Shown here: positions 47,414-55,899 of the stretch, piece by piece
How the letters are laid out: every line of letters starts with the position of its first letter
How positions within the stretch are numbered: the stretch's first letter is position 1
NCBI GenBank assembly: GCA_949300615.1
Contig: CASGEW010000010.1
Coordinates: 391 to 64,390 of the forward strand
DNA from: an uncultured Bacteroidales bacterium
GTDB lineage: Bacteria > Bacteroidota > Bacteroidia > Bacteroidales > CHK158-818
Reading direction: 5' to 3'
DNA: 64,000 nucleotides
Program-made: the position numbers and the translations under genes
Notes under the pieces: generated by a model
The model's input: only the letters and a program-made list of their open reading frames with translations
Database searches by the model: none
Told to the model about the DNA's origin: nothing

Positions 47414-47472
47414 CGATCTTATGTTATAAAATAAGAATCGAGCGCTCCGGCTTCGATCTTGATTTTATAACA
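47414..47472. promoter_or_regulatory. imperfect palindrome / repeat array in the divergent portal-876aa control region
   Basis: The arms tgttataaaa (47422-47431) and ttttataaca (47463-47472) are exact reverse complements. The 7-mer cgatctt occurs at 47414-47420 and 47454-47460, with a near-inverted aagaatcg at 47433-47440. Confidence 0.4.
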
Positions 47473-47528
47473 GGAGCATCCTTTTCTCCGATTGTATTTT
47501 TACCTGCGAAAACAAAACTTAAAAATTT

Positions 47529-50159
47529 ATGGAACAGATTAATTTGACGTTTAAGGGAGAGACGCACTGTCCTCCTGCGGGAACATCGCCTGAGGGTGAT
47601 TGCAGCCACGTGGTCAATCTTCGGTATAAAGATGGCGCATGGCGGCCGGTCGGTCTTCCGGAGGTGCTCTATACACCGGCGGATACATCCCGGAAAATTA
47701 TATTCGTGCATAAGAACGAATCGTACGAGCATTATATCTCGTACGATGGGACTACTGTTTATTACGAATGTTGTGAAGACGAGGGCGTATTGCAACCGGT
47801 AGATTTTCCCAAGTTGGCCGATTTGCCGGAGCTGAAAAAAATTGAATCATGCGGCAATACGCTGATCTTTTTATCCCGTTCAGGTATCTCTTACGCCCTG
47901 TTCAGTGCCGGGAATTACCAATACCTGGGCGAAAAACCGGAACTTCCGCAGTTGATGTTTTATTATAACCCGGCACAAACCGAGACGGGGACCGTCCCTG
48001 CCTATACGCTCAACGAGGAAGCTTTACAAGCCGAAGGTTACCAGTTGGATGACGATGACATTATCGCTTTTTCCAATTTGGTTACAGGTACCTATAATAA
48101 ATTGAAATACGACCTGGAACAAGTCGGTACGCTTTCACATCCGGTACTGGTAAAATATGCCTTGCGGCTTTACGATGGCTCTTACATGATGTCTTCGCCA
48201 GCCATACTTTTGTTGCCTTTCGATTCAGTTCGGCGTTTCCAGCAGTACAAAGTCCCGTGTACCAAATCGGGATCGTCCGTTACGGGGTTCGAAGAGCATG
48301 AACTCTCTTTGACAGGATATAAGATATTGTATGATATGTCATTATTCAATCTGTCCAAATGGCTCGATATCGTAATGTCTCTCGATATTTTTGTCTCGCA
48401 GGAGATTATTCCGCTGAAACAAGGGGAATTCTTCTCGGAATCGACCGTTGCCGATGAACAGTACGACGGACAGCAAAAAACCGTGTTGACTTGCGATATA
48501 CCCGAACGTTCTTATGGCGAGATATGCTCTTCGATTGCCGAAGAGACGCAGTTTTATCTGGTTGCCTCCTTGGAGGTGGACAAAATGCCCAATCCGTATA
48601 AAGCCATAGAATTGCCCTTGTCGGATAAATTGAGTACGCTGGTGCATCAACCGGCGCTCCCTTCGGACGATTTTACCCACCACAGCCTCTTGCCTGAGGT
48701 ATCGTATATCTATAACAGTCGGTTGCATTTAGGAGCAGCCAGTACTCGGTTTTTCAGCGGATTTCAGTTGAGCAGTTTCCAACTGGGACAACCTCGTTGT
48801 AACGGTTATTTCTCCGGACACGGAGAAGATCATCGCGTTATCTATTTCACCAAAGTGTATGTGGAGGTAACGATAAAGGGAACCGGAGGTTCCGGGAAAG
48901 TAGTCCGGGGGATGGTAGCTCCGAATACGACTTCTTTCCCGGTCATAGGAGTTTCTCCCTACTTGTCGTATCCCGACACCCGGGCAGTGAAAATGAAAAT
49001 CTCCGGGGTTGATATAGCCGGGAAGGTGTATAACTATGAATGTACATTGACACCCTCCTCCACTCAGAATGTTGCCTATTATATAGATGAGTCGTTGAAA
49101 CCGGTAGCCTTTACTGAGTCGGACGATAATCCGGATGCACCTTTTTCCATCCCTGAATACGAACCGGTAATCGAATACACCGAGAACAAGTTGCGCGTAT
49201 CCGAAGTAAATAATCCATTCTTGTTCCCGATGGAGCAGACTTATACCTTGTCTTCTGGCCGTATTTTAGGTATGGGTGCTGCTGTTGCCGCATTATCGCA
49301 GGGACAGTATGGCGAGTTTCCGCTATACGTCTTTACGACCGAAGGCGTTTGGGCGATGCAGGTTGGGACGGGTGAAGTGGTATATGGCAGTCAGCATCCG
49401 GTAAACCGGGAGGTATGCAACAATCCCGCATCAATTACCCCGATAGACCAGGCGTTGGTTTATACTACGGATAGAGGCGTGATGCTGTTGGACGGTAGTC
49501 AGAGTACCTTGTTGTCGCAGCCGATGACCGGTCGCTCCGATGCGTTTCCCGGAGAGATACCACAAGAGATGGACGAGGAGATTCGTGCCGTGTTGTCGGA
49601 CGATACCCTGTTTGCCGATTATCTGTTGGATGCAGAAATCGGTTATAACTATGCCTATAATGAGCTGATCGTCTTGAATCCGGCCTATTCGTATTATTAT
49701 GTATTGGGCCTCGACGTGGGGATGTGGTATCGCCGGACGGGAGCCATATCCGGATTGTGTCGCGATTATCCGGATGCATTGGCAACGGACGTCTCGGGAA
49801 AGCTGTTTCATCTGGGGAAAGAGAATTTCGACCAAAAGATACCGGTGGCTCTTGTATCCAGGGCATTGAAATTCATACCGAATATGTATAAAAAGATTCG
49901 TCGTCTTTTTGTGCGTGTTTTCGGGGAAGACGTGGCGCTGAATCTCTCCTTATGGGGTGCACATGAAGCCAATAGTCGTTATGGATGTTTGTGCCGTACA
50001 GAGGGTCAGGGATTTGTTCCCGGGCGTATTCCGCTATCGCTGTGTTGTCCTTCTTTCCGCTATTACCGGTTGGTGTTGGATGGTAAAGTGGACGATACGT
50101 TCTTCTTGGAGTCTGCTGACTTTACTTTGGCTGCGGGCGGTTCTTCCAAAGAGCAGTAA
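47529..50159 (+). CDS. large virion structural-like protein (possible tail nozzle/tubular protein)
   Basis: Uninterrupted 876-aa ORF divergent from the portal gene. The N-terminal pattern SPEGDCSHVVNLRYKDGAWRPVG is reminiscent of podoviral nozzle proteins. This is a weak call based on position and resemblance. Confidence 0.45.
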   Translation: MEQINLTFKGETHCPPAGTSPEGDCSHVVNLRYKDGAWRPVGLPEVLYTPADTSRKIIFVHKNESYEHYISYDGTTVYYECCEDEGVLQPVDFPKLADLPELKKIESCGNTLIFLSRSGISYALFSAGNYQYLGEKPELPQLMFYYNPAQTETGTVPAYTLNEEALQAEGYQLDDDDIIAFSNLVTGTYNKLKYDLEQVGTLSHPVLVKYALRLYDGSYMMSSPAILLLPFDSVRRFQQYKVPCTKSGSSVTGFEEHELSLTGYKILYDMSLFNLSKWLDIVMSLDIFVSQEIIPLKQGEFFSESTVADEQYDGQQKTVLTCDIPERSYGEICSSIAEETQFYLVASLEVDKMPNPYKAIELPLSDKLSTLVHQPALPSDDFTHHSLLPEVSYIYNSRLHLGAASTRFFSGFQLSSFQLGQPRCNGYFSGHGEDHRVIYFTKVYVEVTIKGTGGSGKVVRGMVAPNTTSFPVIGVSPYLSYPDTRAVKMKISGVDIAGKVYNYECTLTPSSTQNVAYYIDESLKPVAFTESDDNPDAPFSIPEYEPVIEYTENKLRVSEVNNPFLFPMEQTYTLSSGRILGMGAAVAALSQGQYGEFPLYVFTTEGVWAMQVGTGEVVYGSQHPVNREVCNNPASITPIDQALVYTTDRGVMLLDGSQSTLLSQPMTGRSDAFPGEIPQEMDEEIRAVLSDDTLFADYLLDAEIGYNYAYNELIVLNPAYSYYYVLGLDVGMWYRRTGAISGLCRDYPDALATDVSGKLFHLGKENFDQKIPVALVSRALKFIPNMYKKIRRLFVRVFGEDVALNLSLWGAHEANSRYGCLCRTEGQGFVPGRIPLSLCCPSFRYYRLVLDGKVDDTFFLESADFTLAAGGSSKEQ

Positions 50160-50176
50160 GAATGCATCTCCAAAAA

Positions 50177-50210
50177 AATCCCCCCGAGGCAGTAGAGCAG
50201 CGGGGGGATT
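50177..50210. terminator. bidirectional intrinsic terminator
   Basis: aatccccccg-14 nt loop-cggggggatt, with A7 upstream and a T-rich downstream flank, between the 876-aa gene (+) and ompH (-). Confidence 0.7.
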
Positions 50211-50233
50211 CTTGTTTAATCTATTATTTGGGG

Positions 50234-50854
50234 CTATTTCTCCTTGGAATATTCCGCATTCAGTAATTGGATAACCTCTTCGGTGATGTCGCACTGGGGA
50301 TCGGCCAACAGAATGTTGTCGTTTCCTGAATTACTGAAAATAACCTTGTATTTTTTCTCCTTGTTATATTCTTGCAAGAAAGAGGATATCTTTTTGGCAA
50401 TCAAATCAGAAGCCCGTTTGCTTTCAAGGGCCAGGTTTTGATTGTGGCGCTCTTGTAGTTCTCGTAATTCGGTCTCTTTTTTACCGAGAGCTTCATAACT
50501 GCTCTGTTGGGATTCTGTTGATAAGAAAGCGTTGTTTTGTAGTTTGTTTTGGTATTCCTCTATCATTTTTTGAAACTCTTTGTTTTTAGCTTCAATCTCT
50601 CTTCTGTTGTTTGTGGCCATTTGAATGAATCCCTCATTCAAATCCTTTGCATATAGATAATGTTGTAAGAGCGAATCAGTATTGATATAGGCTATATCGT
50701 TTGAGGTATTTGTGGCAGGTTCTTTGGCTGCCGCATTGTTCGTAGTTGCCGGAGCAGGAGTTTGTTCATCCGCTTTGGAGGCACACCGGGTAAAGCCCAG
50801 CATGACAGAAACCAATAGTAAGGCATGAACCATGAATTTTTTATTTCTCATCAT
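50234..50854 (-). CDS. OmpH/Skp-family periplasmic chaperone
   Basis: 206 aa with a signal peptide, a long coiled-coil (EIEAKNKEFQKMIEEYQNKLQNN) and a C-terminal KYKVIFSNSG...ITEEVIQLLN. Confidence 0.8.
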   Translation of the reverse strand: MMRNKKFMVHALLLVSVMLGFTRCASKADEQTPAPATTNNAAAKEPATNTSNDIAYINTDSLLQHYLYAKDLNEGFIQMATNNRREIEAKNKEFQKMIEEYQNKLQNNAFLSTESQQSSYEALGKKETELRELQERHNQNLALESKRASDLIAKKISSFLQEYNKEKKYKVIFSNSGNDNILLADPQCDITEEVIQLLNAEYSKEK

Positions 50855-50890
50855 ATAAGGTTAGTAATTAGTTAGATGTATGTTATAGCG

Positions 50891-51100
50891 TTAATTAATC
50901 ATTCTATCTTCCAAAACTTTTCTTTTCCGGTCGCGGGCATCGGTAGAGATTGCGCACGTAATGCCTTTGTCGGCAAGCGCCTTGTTGGCTCCGATGTGGG
51001 GATTAGGAAACCTGCCTCCTTTTTTTACTATAATTTTTATAGCCAACAGCATGAATGCAATCGCTATAAAGCCCAATGTAAAAAGAATAGTATATAACAT
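50891..51100 (-). CDS. small single-pass membrane protein
   Basis: 69 aa with an N-terminal TM helix (MLYTILFTLGFIAIAFMLLAIKII) and a basic C-terminus. No family recognised. Confidence 0.45.
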   Translation of the reverse strand: MLYTILFTLGFIAIAFMLLAIKIIVKKGGRFPNPHIGANKALADKGITCAISTDARDRKRKVLEDRMIN

Positions 51101-51138
51101 TTTAATTTATAGAGTTCGATGTCAGCAGGGCTAAATTT

Positions 51139-51189
51139 GGAAAATAGAATTTTCATTTGCCTTTGCTTTTGCCTTTCACTATATTTGTA
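51139..51189 (+). repeat. promoter-like repeat copy 1 (-33 TTTG at 51155-51158, -7 TATATTTG at 51179-51186)
   Basis: ttttcatttgcctttgcttttgcctttcactatatttgtag, with 20-nt spacing between the -33 and -7 elements. Confidence 0.55.
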
Positions 51190-51220
51190 GAATATAGGAG
51201 ACGGCTCGGCATAATCAAAT

Positions 51221-51272
51221 CAGAAAACGAGGTTTTCATTTGCCTCTGCGCTCGCCTTTCACTATATTTGTG
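51221..51272 (+). repeat. promoter-like repeat copy 2 (-7 TATATTTG at 51262-51269)
   Basis: ttttcatttgcctctgcgctcgcctttcactatatttgtgg is ~85% identical to copy 1 and lies 82 nt downstream of it. Confidence 0.55.
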
Positions 51273-51422
51273 GATGCAAATATAAAAATAAACTCCGATT
51301 AATATTCTTTTTTGTGTCGGTTGGAGCTATATATTTAGTCCTAATTAGCAAAAAAGGAAGAAAACGGGCGCTTTTTCTTTATATTTAAGTGATTTTTTTG
51401 TTTGACTTAACATTTATGTACT

Positions 51423-52886
51423 ATGCAAATAACAGACTTGAAGCCAGCATTGATCTGGCACTATTTTCATGAAATTACCCAAGTACCCCGCCCTTCAAAG
51501 AAAGAAGAAAAGATACGGGCATACTTGTTAAACTTTGCCCAGACGCAAGGATTGGACGTAAAACAAGATAAGATAGGTAATATCTTGATGTCGAAGCCCG
51601 CCTCTGCGGGGTGTGAAAACGCTCCGGTGGTTACCTTACAGTCGCATATGGATATGGTGTGTGAAAAGAATGGAGATATAGAGCACAATTTCGATACCGA
51701 TCCGATACAGACGGTTATAGAAGGCGAATGGGTTCGTGCACAGGGAACTACGCTGGGAGCCGACAACGGGATCGGTATGGCGGCACAATTGGCTGTTTTA
51801 GCAGACAAAAGTTTGAAACACGGCCCGATAAATGCTCTGTTCACCGTTGACGAAGAGACCGGCCTGACTGGCGCTTTCAACATGGAAGATAAGATGATTG
51901 AGGGGAGCTATCTGTTGAATCTCGATTCCGAAGACGAAGGGCAGCTCTTTATCGGTTGTGCCGGCGGGATAGACACCACGGCCGTATTTACATACAGTCC
52001 CAGTATGTTGCCCGATAATTATCAATATTTCAAAATCTCGGTAAAAAATTTGTTGGGAGGACACTCGGGCGGCGATATCCACCGTGGCAGAGGCAATGCC
52101 AACCGGATATTGGCCCGTTTCCTGTGGCAGTCGGCACAAAAATACGATATGATTATGAGCCGTATTGACGGCGGTAATTTGCGGAACGCTATCCCCCGCG
52201 AAGCCTCAGCCATAATAGGTATCCACAAGAACGACAAAGAGAAGATGCGGGTCGATCTGAACCTGTATATTGCCGTTATGGAGGAAGAGTTGAAAGGTAT
52301 AGAGCCGAACTTTACGATGACGATGGAGCATGAACCCGAACCCGAGCATTGCATTGATCGGCGCACCACGGCTGCCTTGATCGAGGCATTGTATGCCTGC
52401 CCGCACGGTGTAGTGGCGATGAGCCGGGATATGGAGGGGTTGGTTCAGACATCCACCAACCTGGCTTCGGTCAAGATGCCGGGCGAAAACAAGATTGTGG
52501 TTGCCACCAGTCAGCGGAGTTCAGTAGAGTCCGAAAAGTATGACATTGCCCGTCGGGTAGAGTGCCTGTTCACGTTGGCCGGAGCTACGGTTTCGCACAG
52601 TGACGGTTATCCGGGCTGGAAACCGAATGTAAAATCACCGATCTTGTCGTTGGCCGTAGCCGCCTATGAAGACCTGTTCGGCGTCAAACCGCTGATTACC
52701 GCTATCCATGCAGGATTGGAATGTGGATTGTTCTTGAAAAAGCATCCGCAGCTGGATATGGTCTCTTTCGGTCCGACATTGAGCGGAGTACACTCCCCGG
52801 ATGAAAAGATGCACATCCCCTCGGTCGAAAAGTTCTGGAAACATTTGACGGCCATTTTGGAAAAAGTAGCGGAAACGAAGGCCTGA
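51423..52886 (+). CDS. pepD: aminoacyl-histidine dipeptidase (M20 family, Xaa-His dipeptidase)
   Basis: 487 aa. The sequence IWHYFHEITQVPRPSKKEEKIRAYL...LQSHMDMV...GADNGIG...DEETGLTGA matches PepD. Confidence 0.9.
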   Translation: MQITDLKPALIWHYFHEITQVPRPSKKEEKIRAYLLNFAQTQGLDVKQDKIGNILMSKPASAGCENAPVVTLQSHMDMVCEKNGDIEHNFDTDPIQTVIEGEWVRAQGTTLGADNGIGMAAQLAVLADKSLKHGPINALFTVDEETGLTGAFNMEDKMIEGSYLLNLDSEDEGQLFIGCAGGIDTTAVFTYSPSMLPDNYQYFKISVKNLLGGHSGGDIHRGRGNANRILARFLWQSAQKYDMIMSRIDGGNLRNAIPREASAIIGIHKNDKEKMRVDLNLYIAVMEEELKGIEPNFTMTMEHEPEPEHCIDRRTTAALIEALYACPHGVVAMSRDMEGLVQTSTNLASVKMPGENKIVVATSQRSSVESEKYDIARRVECLFTLAGATVSHSDGYPGWKPNVKSPILSLAVAAYEDLFGVKPLITAIHAGLECGLFLKKHPQLDMVSFGPTLSGVHSPDEKMHIPSVEKFWKHLTAILEKVAETKA

Positions 52887-52910
52887 TCATTTTCGTTACA
52901 GACCATATAG

Positions 52911-52960
52911 AAGCAAACTCCCGGCTCGTTTTCAACGAAGCCGGGAGTTTGCTTGTTTTG
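52911..52960 (+). terminator. pepD intrinsic terminator
   Basis: A 16-bp perfect stem aagcaaactcccggct/agccgggagtttgctt followed by gttttg. Confidence 0.75.
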
Positions 52961-53108
52961 TTCCCTCTTCGTTCTTTTTGGGGGAGAGAAGAAGTGTACA
53001 GCTTTTCCCTGAAAAGCTGCGATACGAAAGTTTCCTTCCGTGGTGACATAGAAAATGATACGATGCAGGCAAGGCAAGAAATCATTTTTTCATGTAAAAA
53101 TAATGATG

Positions 53109-53116
53109 TACCTTTG
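53109..53116 (+). promoter_or_regulatory. -7 box TACCTTTG for metA
   Basis: Matches TAnnTTTG, 23 nt upstream of the ATG at 53139. Confidence 0.5.
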
Positions 53117-53138
53117 CTTAGCCTAAAAGGAGATTGTT

Positions 53139-54056
53139 ATGCCATTAAAATTACCAGCCAAATTACCAGCTATTGAGTTGTTGAAAGCGGAGAACATCTT
53201 TGTGATGGATGACCAGCGAGCCTCCCGTCAGGATATTCGTCCGTTGCGGATTGTTATTCTCAATCTGATGCCGCTGAAAATCATGACCGAAACAGATTTG
53301 ATACGCCTCCTTTCCAATACTCCGTTGCAGGTGGAGATTGATTTGCTGATGACCTCCAACCATATATCCAAGAATACCCCTATCGAGCATATCAAAGCGT
53401 TTTATAAGGATTTCTCGGAAATAGAGGCCCAAAATTATGACGGGATGATCATTACCGGCGCGCCCGTAGAGCAGATGGAATTTGAGGAGGTAAACTATTG
53501 GGACGAAATAACCTCCATTTTCGATTGGGCACGTACGCACGTAACCTCTACGTTGTATATCTGTTGGGCCGCACAAGCCGGGTTGTATCATTTTTATGAT
53601 ATTCCCAAATATCCGTTATCGGCCAAAATGTTCGGTATTTTCCGCCATACGGTAACCGATAGCCATAATCCTATATTCCGGGGGTTTGACGATGAATTTT
53701 ATGTTCCGCACAGTCGGCATACCGAGATACGCCGGGAAGATATTTTGAAAGTTTCTGACCTAAAACTGTTGTCTGAGTCGAAAGAGTCGGGCGTTTATAT
53801 GGTCATGGCCCGCGGGGGACGAGAGTTCTTTATTACCGGACATTCCGAATATTCTCCTTATACGCTTGATACCGAATACAAAAGAGATAAGGGTAAGGGC
53901 CTGGACATTGATATCCCCAAAAACTATTACCGCGACAATAACCCCGAACTGCCTCCGGTAGTTCGCTGGCGTGCTCATGCCAATCTGTTGTTCTCTAATT
54001 GGTTGAACTATTTTGTTTACCAGGAAACCCCTTACGATATTCGCGATATAAAATAG
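53139..54056 (+). CDS. metA: homoserine O-acyltransferase (MetA family)
   Basis: 305 aa. The sequence [37 protein letters not shown]...YICWAAQAG matches MetA. Confidence 0.9.
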   Translation: MPLKLPAKLPAIELLKAENIFVMDDQRASRQDIRPLRIVILNLMPLKIMTETDLIRLLSNTPLQVEIDLLMTSNHISKNTPIEHIKAFYKDFSEIEAQNYDGMIITGAPVEQMEFEEVNYWDEITSIFDWARTHVTSTLYICWAAQAGLYHFYDIPKYPLSAKMFGIFRHTVTDSHNPIFRGFDDEFYVPHSRHTEIRREDILKVSDLKLLSESKESGVYMVMARGGREFFITGHSEYSPYTLDTEYKRDKGKGLDIDIPKNYYRDNNPELPPVVRWRAHANLLFSNWLNYFVYQETPYDIRDIK

Positions 54057-54061
54057 CAGGT

Positions 54062-55891
54062 ATGCAGGCGGTTCGTCCCATAGAGTTGTTGGCTCCCGCA
54101 AAAACGGCAGAAATCGGGGTCGAGGCGATAAGGCACGGCGCCGATGCTGTTTATATCGGAGCACCCCGGTTCAGTGCCCGTGCCTCGGCCGGAAACCGAG
54201 TGGAGGACATTGCCCGGTTGGTGCAATATGCCCACCGGTTCAATGCCCGCGTATATGTTGCCTTGAATACTATCCTGAAAGACGACGAGTTAGACGAGGT
54301 CCGTTCCCTGATTTTCTCCTTATATAATATAGGAGTAGATGCCTTGATTGTGCAGGATATGGGAATTTTGGAACTCGATATTCCCCCTATCGCATTGCAC
54401 GCCAGCACGCAGGCCGACAACCGGACGGTAGAGAAAGTCCGGTTCCTTGAATCTGTCGGCTTTTCTCAGGTTGTTTTGGCTCGGGAACTTTCCGTTGCGC
54501 AGATTCGGCAGATAGCCGTCGATACAACCGTCCCGTTGGAAGTATTTGTGCATGGAGCCTTGTGCGTCAGTTACAGCGGACAGTGCTATTTGAGCCATCG
54601 TATGTGCGGTCGGAGCGCCAATCGGGGCGAGTGCGCTCAATATTGTCGGTTGCCTTATACCCTGAAAGATGCCGACGGGAATATCTTATTGAAAGATAAA
54701 CATATCCTCTCTCTGAAAGATCTGAATCTTTCTTGCGAATTAGCGTCTCTAATAGACACAGGAGCCTCTTCGCTTAAAATAGAGGGGCGTTTGAAAGAGA
54801 TGAGCTATGTAAAGAATGTAACGGCCTATTACCGACAGAGGCTGGATGAGATTTTTCAAAAAGATTCCCGTTATAAGCGTTCTTCTGATGGGAAAAGTCA
54901 TTTTTTCTTTCTTCCTGACCTCCGGAAAAGTTTTAACCGGGGCTTCTCTTCCTATTTTATTCATGGAGAGAGGGAGGCTTCGCTCTGTTCTTGGGATACT
55001 CCCAAGTCTCAAGGCGAGGAGATAGGGCGTGTTAAGGAGGTATCGCAGCAAAGTTTTACTGTTTCGGGAAAATCCCCGTTAAATAATGGCGACGGATTAT
55101 GTTATATAAATAAAGGAGGTGTATTCGCAGGTTTTCGTATCAACAAAACGGAAGGGAATCGTGTCTATCCGGCAGAGAAGGTACTGCTTTCTCCCGGTAC
55201 GCTACTTTACCGCAATTACGACCATGAATTTGAAAAGACGTTGAGTAAAAAGTCGGCAGAACGACGCATCGGTTTAGATATAGATTTGTCGGAGTCGGAC
55301 GACGGCTTTGTCTTGTGTCTGACGGATGAGATCGGGCAGACCGTCTCTGTTGCATTGAAGGTAAAAAAAGAAGAAGCACATACCCCTCAGCGGGAAAACA
55401 TCATCCGGCAATTATCCAAAATGGGCGATACCCTTTTTGAGGTTCGGCAATTTACCTGCCGCCTTTCCAGGGACTGGTTTGTCTCCTCTTCGCTTTGGTC
55501 GGACCTTCGCCGTAGGGCGGTAAATCAACTTGTAGCACAGAGAGATGCGTCCTATTGCCGGGCGTTGAGACCGTCAGTGTCTGATGAAAAGTGCGAATAT
55601 CCGGAGAAAGAGCTCTCCTACCGGGGCAATGTGTCGAACCGGCAGGCTCGTCGGTTTTATGAAAAGCACGGGGTAGAACATATTGACCCGGCATTTGAAT
55701 GTGCCCCTTCGGGAGATGTCCCGTTGATGCTTACCAAATATTGCGTCAAATACACATTGGGTATGTGTCCCCACTCTTCGCCAAAAAGAAAGTGCCGGGA
55801 ACCGTTGACGTTACACGCGAAAAACATTGTTCTGCGTTTGGCGTTCGATTGCCGGCATTGTGAAATGCAGGTGTATGATAATCGTTCGTAA
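54062..55891 (+). CDS. peptidase U32-family protein
   Basis: 609 aa from the ATG at 54062 (MQAVRPIELLAPAKTAEIGVEAIRHGADAVYIG); the track start at 53999 is a TTG. It carries the U32 signature region E.FVHGALCVSYSGQC. Confidence 0.85.
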   Translation: MQAVRPIELLAPAKTAEIGVEAIRHGADAVYIGAPRFSARASAGNRVEDIARLVQYAHRFNARVYVALNTILKDDELDEVRSLIFSLYNIGVDALIVQDMGILELDIPPIALHASTQADNRTVEKVRFLESVGFSQVVLARELSVAQIRQIAVDTTVPLEVFVHGALCVSYSGQCYLSHRMCGRSANRGECAQYCRLPYTLKDADGNILLKDKHILSLKDLNLSCELASLIDTGASSLKIEGRLKEMSYVKNVTAYYRQRLDEIFQKDSRYKRSSDGKSHFFFLPDLRKSFNRGFSSYFIHGEREASLCSWDTPKSQGEEIGRVKEVSQQSFTVSGKSPLNNGDGLCYINKGGVFAGFRINKTEGNRVYPAEKVLLSPGTLLYRNYDHEFEKTLSKKSAERRIGLDIDLSESDDGFVLCLTDEIGQTVSVALKVKKEEAHTPQRENIIRQLSKMGDTLFEVRQFTCRLSRDWFVSSSLWSDLRRRAVNQLVAQRDASYCRALRPSVSDEKCEYPEKELSYRGNVSNRQARRFYEKHGVEHIDPAFECAPSGDVPLMLTKYCVKYTLGMCPHSSPKRKCREPLTLHAKNIVLRLAFDCRHCEMQVYDNRS

Positions 55892-55899
55892 GCCCGATG

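Larger units (their letters stand above)
45371..50159. other. phage-derived locus C (portal-like gene divergent from an 876-aa structural-like gene)
   Basis: Two divergent monocistronic units share a 169-bp control region. Both ends have stem-loop terminators shared with host genes. Confidence 0.65.

Noticed and set aside
52961-53138. SAM-type riboswitch or attenuator upstream of metA (hairpin cagctttt-ccctg-aaaagctg at 52999-53019)
   Set aside because: The hairpin lies upstream of the best -7 box (53109-53116), so it is probably not in the metA leader. No SAM-I or SAM-II consensus elements were recognised.
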